64,000 bases of DNA from Daphnia carinata (taxonomy: Eukaryota), in assembly GCF_022539665.2 (NCBI RefSeq), contig NC_081331.1, positions 5,456,001-5,520,000 of the forward strand. The letters run 5' to 3'. Numbering within the stretch: the first letter of the stretch is position 1; each line of letters starts with the position of its first letter. Positions 59,253-64,000 of this stretch are shown piece by piece. The notes beneath the pieces were generated by a model. It ran no database searches. It was not told the DNA's origin and worked only from the letters and a program-made list of their open reading frames with translations. Both the position numbers and the translations under genes were made by a program.

Positions 59253-61122
59253 GCTACTGCCACACTTTTAGCGATAAATAAAAATAGGACTGAAAGCCCG
59301 GATGGAGGAAAGAAAACTACTGAAAAGATTCTTGGAGTTGCTTTTGCCTACAGCTAGTTGCATGAAAGACGAGTACCCTTCTCTTTTCGATCTCGTTTTG
59401 ACACTATAACGACTGTGGTCTGTAAGAAGTAGTACGATTTTCAATCGCGTGCTCGTTTCTAGCCAACGTTCAAACTAACTGGCAATAGCGTTCTAAAGGC
59501 AGAAATGGAAACCTGTTACAGTGACGTTTCAAGTTGAAAAGGCTATCGTTACGGGGTATATTTAAGAATATCCTGCTTTCTCATAAGAATATGTTCAAGC
59601 GGGTTTCTTTTAAATTATTGCAATGGGTTTGAACTGTAGATGATAACCGAGTTATAATTAAATGCTATTGCGCTTCTCAAAACAGCGTGACAGACACCAG
59701 TCATCTCGAGTTTAGACATTTAAAAAGTTAAAAAACTAAGTCCTTGTCTCTTGCAGAACCTTTCGTTGAGTACCTACATGTTTATTGGATGTGATAAGGT
59801 AATTATGAATTCGATGTAACTTAACCGCTTACAGTCATTTAACCTTATGTCCTACCACTCTTACGTCGTATGTTGCTTATTGCATGCGTACTAAACAAGA
59901 GGTTAAAAACTACGTATCCATTTCCTTTTCCCTATAATTTATTTGTGCTTAGGGTAGGGTAAAGAATTTCATACCCGTCCTTTTCTTCCGTTTTTCATCT
60001 TTTGCGACAGTTCCACGTCGACTTGCTTACCCTTTTCCCGTCTTTAGTTGTCATTGTCGTTTAGAAAGAAATATAACTAGAAGCAGTTCTCTCTGAGCAA
60101 CGGAGGTTAACAGATATAATTCGTACACGTGTATATCGTACATAGATAGTGAAATATTTCGCTACCGTCGATTTGCGTCACACCTTCAAGAGTTCGAGTA
60201 TTACAGCATGGGGGCTCAAGTTTCTTTCGCACCGCTTTCTGAAGGTAGCAACGCAAAACGTTAACCGTGAATTTACAATCTAACGTTATCATGTCTTTCC
60301 TGTTTAGCTTAACAGAAATTATAGGGAGGTGAAACAAAAGCAAGGTGTTGTTGTTACTTTATTGTCAAAGTGTCACTGCCCTGTATCGAATCACCTGCGA
60401 TTTCAAACCGAATATGGTTCGATAGTGACCTGTTTTATGGTAGCTTTCCTTTATCTTCGCCTTATGCTTTGCCGTGAATAAAACTGACCAGTAACCTAAA
60501 TTTAGGTTACTATATGTTCATTAGAATGCGGTTCATTGAACGACTTAGTTGAAGTGTCTTTTCTCTTTCAAGGATCTTGCTTAAACATTCTGTAAGTGTT
60601 TATAATCCAGCTTTTGTGTGACTGAACTGAAGTAATGCTCCTAGCACTTAGCTATATACAGCTGATGTACCGGTTTTACGCCCTTATGGCATTCTTGTTA
60701 ATCTTACCGTCTAGCATGCTGTCGATACGTATGATTTCACATGTTCAATAACTCGTTCAGTCTGTCCTGGTCGGTTTTCTTTCTTTCCTGTGTCTGAGAA
60801 ACATGGGGATTGTTGATTAAGAATGGTTTTACTGGATGCTGTACACAGATTACAGCATTAGCAATAATGACGTAACATTAGAACAGCGAAGTAAAATGTA
60901 AATAAAAATCTAATGTTGTATGATTCCGTTTTGCGGTAAACTGACGTGATCGTCGGATACATCGACAAGAATGTGCTGTGATAAGCATTCGCTTCAGGTT
61001 ACATTGGAATGTTATTCAATCATACACTATTCTTGCCTTTAAATTACCTTCAAAGACATGTTCTTTCAGAATCAAGATTTAGAATTTTTTAAATTCTGTT
61101 TATTATGATTATGTTTGTTCAG

Positions 61123-61313
61123 CCGTTCCTCGGCGATCAGCACTGCCTCGTCTGCCGTTGTCCGTCGTACTGAATGGTGACATTGACGCTAATTCGAAGA
61201 ATAAAATTGTCGGCGGAGAGGATGTTGTCCCTTTTTCATTGCATTTTCGGATTTCGTTGCAATGCAAAAGTGGCAACACTTTTTCGCAAATGAGTGAACG
61301 ATCTACGTGATGG
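61123..61313 (+). pseudogene. Trypsin exon-2 relic
   Basis: cag|..VPRRSALPRLPLSVVLNGDIDANSKNKIVGGEDVVPFSLHFRISLQCKSGNTFSQMSERST*. The CGG..AAHC part is deleted and no downstream exons precede the next gene. Confidence 0.85.
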
Positions 61314-61691
61314 GTATGTTGCATACAATTATTGTAGGCTATTAATTATTAACGCACACATTTTTAAATTCCTCTGACAACGTACTGTTGCTATTTAGTT
61401 TTAACTTGAGTCCTTTCGTAAACGTGGAGGGGGAAATATTTTTCCAACTTATTATTCAGTTTATCCAAACCCGATTAGTTGAATTTATTTATCAAACACT
61501 TTAACGGATGGCCGACAGATGCCGTGGAGACTGGAAACAAGGAAAACAACAGATCCATTTGTCGGCTTTTGACAGTTAGCTTTTCTGAATTCCGGCTGCA
61601 AATTAATTTGCTGCCACTGTTTTACTGTTTTGTTTCCCATGTAAAATTACCAGTGTTTTAAAACACATAAGCATCCAGCTTTTTTCACAAA

Positions 61692-64000
61692 ATGAATGAT
61701 AATCAATTTGGCGAGATCATAAATCTGAATGTCGGTGGAACTCGGTAAGTTTCTGATTGGTTATACAAATATAAGTAGCGCCTTCATCATCCAATCTGCC
61801 GTATTTTCCGGGCTGTTTCAGTTTCAGTACATCTCGCCAAACTTTAACGTGGATCCCAGATACCTTCTTTACATCCCTTTTGAGTGGCAGGATCAACACC
61901 CTCGTGGATGATCAGGGATCCATTTTTGTAGACAGAGACCCTACATTATTCACACATGTGTTAAACTACCTTCGTACCAAAGAAATTCATCTTCCTGAAA
62001 CTGATAGTGGAATCAGAGGACTTGTGCATGAGGCAGAATTCTATGGAATCACTCCTCTCACTCAACAACTAAAACTAGTTCAAGAACTGGATCACTCATC
62101 CTGTGGCAATGTTCTTTACTATGGATGCCTTAATCCACCCAGTACTTCTGAAATTCAAATTTTAATTATGAAGGATTGAATGCAGGCTTTATCTATTGTT
62201 CTATTTAGGTGTTCCATTTCCAGATGCAAGATCTAATAGAGGTGGGGAAGCTAGCATTGCAAGTGAAAGCATGCAACAACAGGCAAATTACACATCAAGA
62301 CAGTCTGTGTTAGATCTCAGAGCGCTGGTGCCCCCGCGAGGCACCAGTAGTTCAAGAAATGGTCACATTGTCATGAACAGGTTTGATTTATTTTTGAATT
62401 ATAAATCCGTGCGGGCACAAATTCGACATGGTAGTTTCTAAGCTATAAATTATTAGGACCCATTCTCGGTCTTCTTCTCTGGATCTACGATGGAACTCTT
62501 TACGAAGACAAGAGGCAGGAGCAGCAGCCGGGAGTCACAATCAATTGGCTGCATGGTTTGGAGGTTTACACGGTAAATTTTTACTATCATTTCTTGTAAT
62601 TTTGTTTTTGAGTTTGACTGTTACGTCAACCCCTATATTTAGTTCGATCATCCATCGATCCTCTGCGAGTGAATCTCATCAAAGCCCACCATAACTGGAT
62701 CTTGATTGCCTATGCTCACATGATAACTTGTCACAAGTAACGGCAGAGTTTGAAGGTTTCATTTTCACAAATTGAAAGTCCAATTATCATTGATTCACTA
62801 TTTATAGATTCAAAGACGCTGGTGGGTGGCATCTCGTATTTACCAGTCCTTGGATGGAGAATCAAATTGACCGCGTAGCTCTAAACGCACGGATGACAAG
62901 TAGCGGGGGTCAAAATCAGACCCCAAATCCTTCATCTGAAACTAAAATGGTCGCTTTGGCGTCAGGTAATATTATATAGTAATTGATTTGTAGTAATCGA
63001 TGTAGAATAGCAGTAATACTGGCAGTAATTCATACCTATACTCTTTACAATTAGGCACCACAATTCGACTGTGGGCGGTCACAGATGATGGCCAGCGCAA
63101 TGACATAGGTACCCAGTTGCTTATGTTGCTTTTGGTTTCACTCGAAGTGTTAATTTGCCTTTCGCACTCTTCGTTTGTTCCAGGAACGTTCAACATGCAT
63201 GTCTCGATAGAATCTCTGTTTTTCATCGGTAGCCAACTAGTAGCTCTTTCACGTCCACCGGTTGGAAAAATTGGAGTATGGCACTCGATGACTCAACATT
63301 GGCAAATCCAAGACGTCACTCCGGTGTCTTCTTATGACACTGCTGGTTCTTTACTTCTTCTAGGATGTAGTAACGGATCCATATGTTACATTGGTGAGAT
63401 GATACCGTCATTCGATAGCCATAGTAGCCTAGTAAATGTGAGCCGGCTTCTATCACAGATATGCAAAAATTTCCTTTGAGAATGAAGGATAATGATCTTT
63501 TAGTCACGGAACTGTATCGAAATCCAACACCTGAGGCCATCACTTCTATCTCAGTTTATCTGACTCCTAAAACAAGTAATATACCTTATATCACTTCATT
63601 TTCGTTTCGTAAGAACCTGATCGTAACAGTAGTGTAATATTTTACAGATCACACAGGCATGTGCGGAAATTGGATAGAGATCGCCTATGGGACCAGTTCA
63701 GGGGCAGTAAGAGTAATTGTGCAACATCCCGAAACAGTTGGTCATGGTCCGCAGCTCTTTCAGACGTTCACTGTCCATCGCTCACCTGTCAATAAAGTGT
63801 GATTAGATATTTGATTTAATTTAACCCTTTTTTAAAAAACATTTTCGCTTAAATTAGGTGAGGCTTTCTGAAAAGTATCTAGTCTCCGTCTGTAGCGAGT
63901 ACAATCACGTACGTACCTGGAGCGTCACGCGCTTCAGGGGGATGATATCCACTCAACCTGGCTCTACACCAGTCTCATCCTTCAAAGTTTTATCGCTGGA
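61692..64000 (+). CDS. KCTD3: BTB/POZ-domain protein, KCTD3/SHKBP1-like (5' part, truncated by window end)
   Basis: [49 protein letters not shown] (T1-type BTB). Later exons read [42 protein letters not shown] and [23 protein letters not shown]. Confidence 0.92.

Overview
Eukaryotic, intron-rich DNA with short (about 60-150 nt) GT-AG introns and dense tandem gene arrays. The gene content and style point to a crustacean, most likely Daphnia (inference). From left to right: (1) a ~5.33 kb tandem duplication (383-5711 / 5712-11040), each unit carrying an intact 4-exon, 684-aa secreted GH13 alpha-amylase that looks bacterial rather than animal in type, a candidate horizontally acquired and intronised gene; (2) a minus-strand 7-exon, ~498-aa trypsin-fold protease with an intact catalytic triad, no IVGG activation site and an unrecognised ~220-aa N-terminal domain; (3) ten tandem plus-strand trypsin genes (15.0-38.7 kb) with variable intron content, one having lost both Cys of the 42-58 disulfide and Asp189; (4) five tandem minus-strand retinol saturase (RETSAT)-like FAD oxidoreductases (39.5-59.3 kb), one with an in-frame TGA, each bracketed by a decayed coding-like repeat; (5) a trypsin exon relic and the 5' part of a KCTD3/SHKBP1-like BTB gene running off the window. 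No rRNA, tRNA, CRISPR array or intact transposon was seen. Exon boundaries were read by eye.
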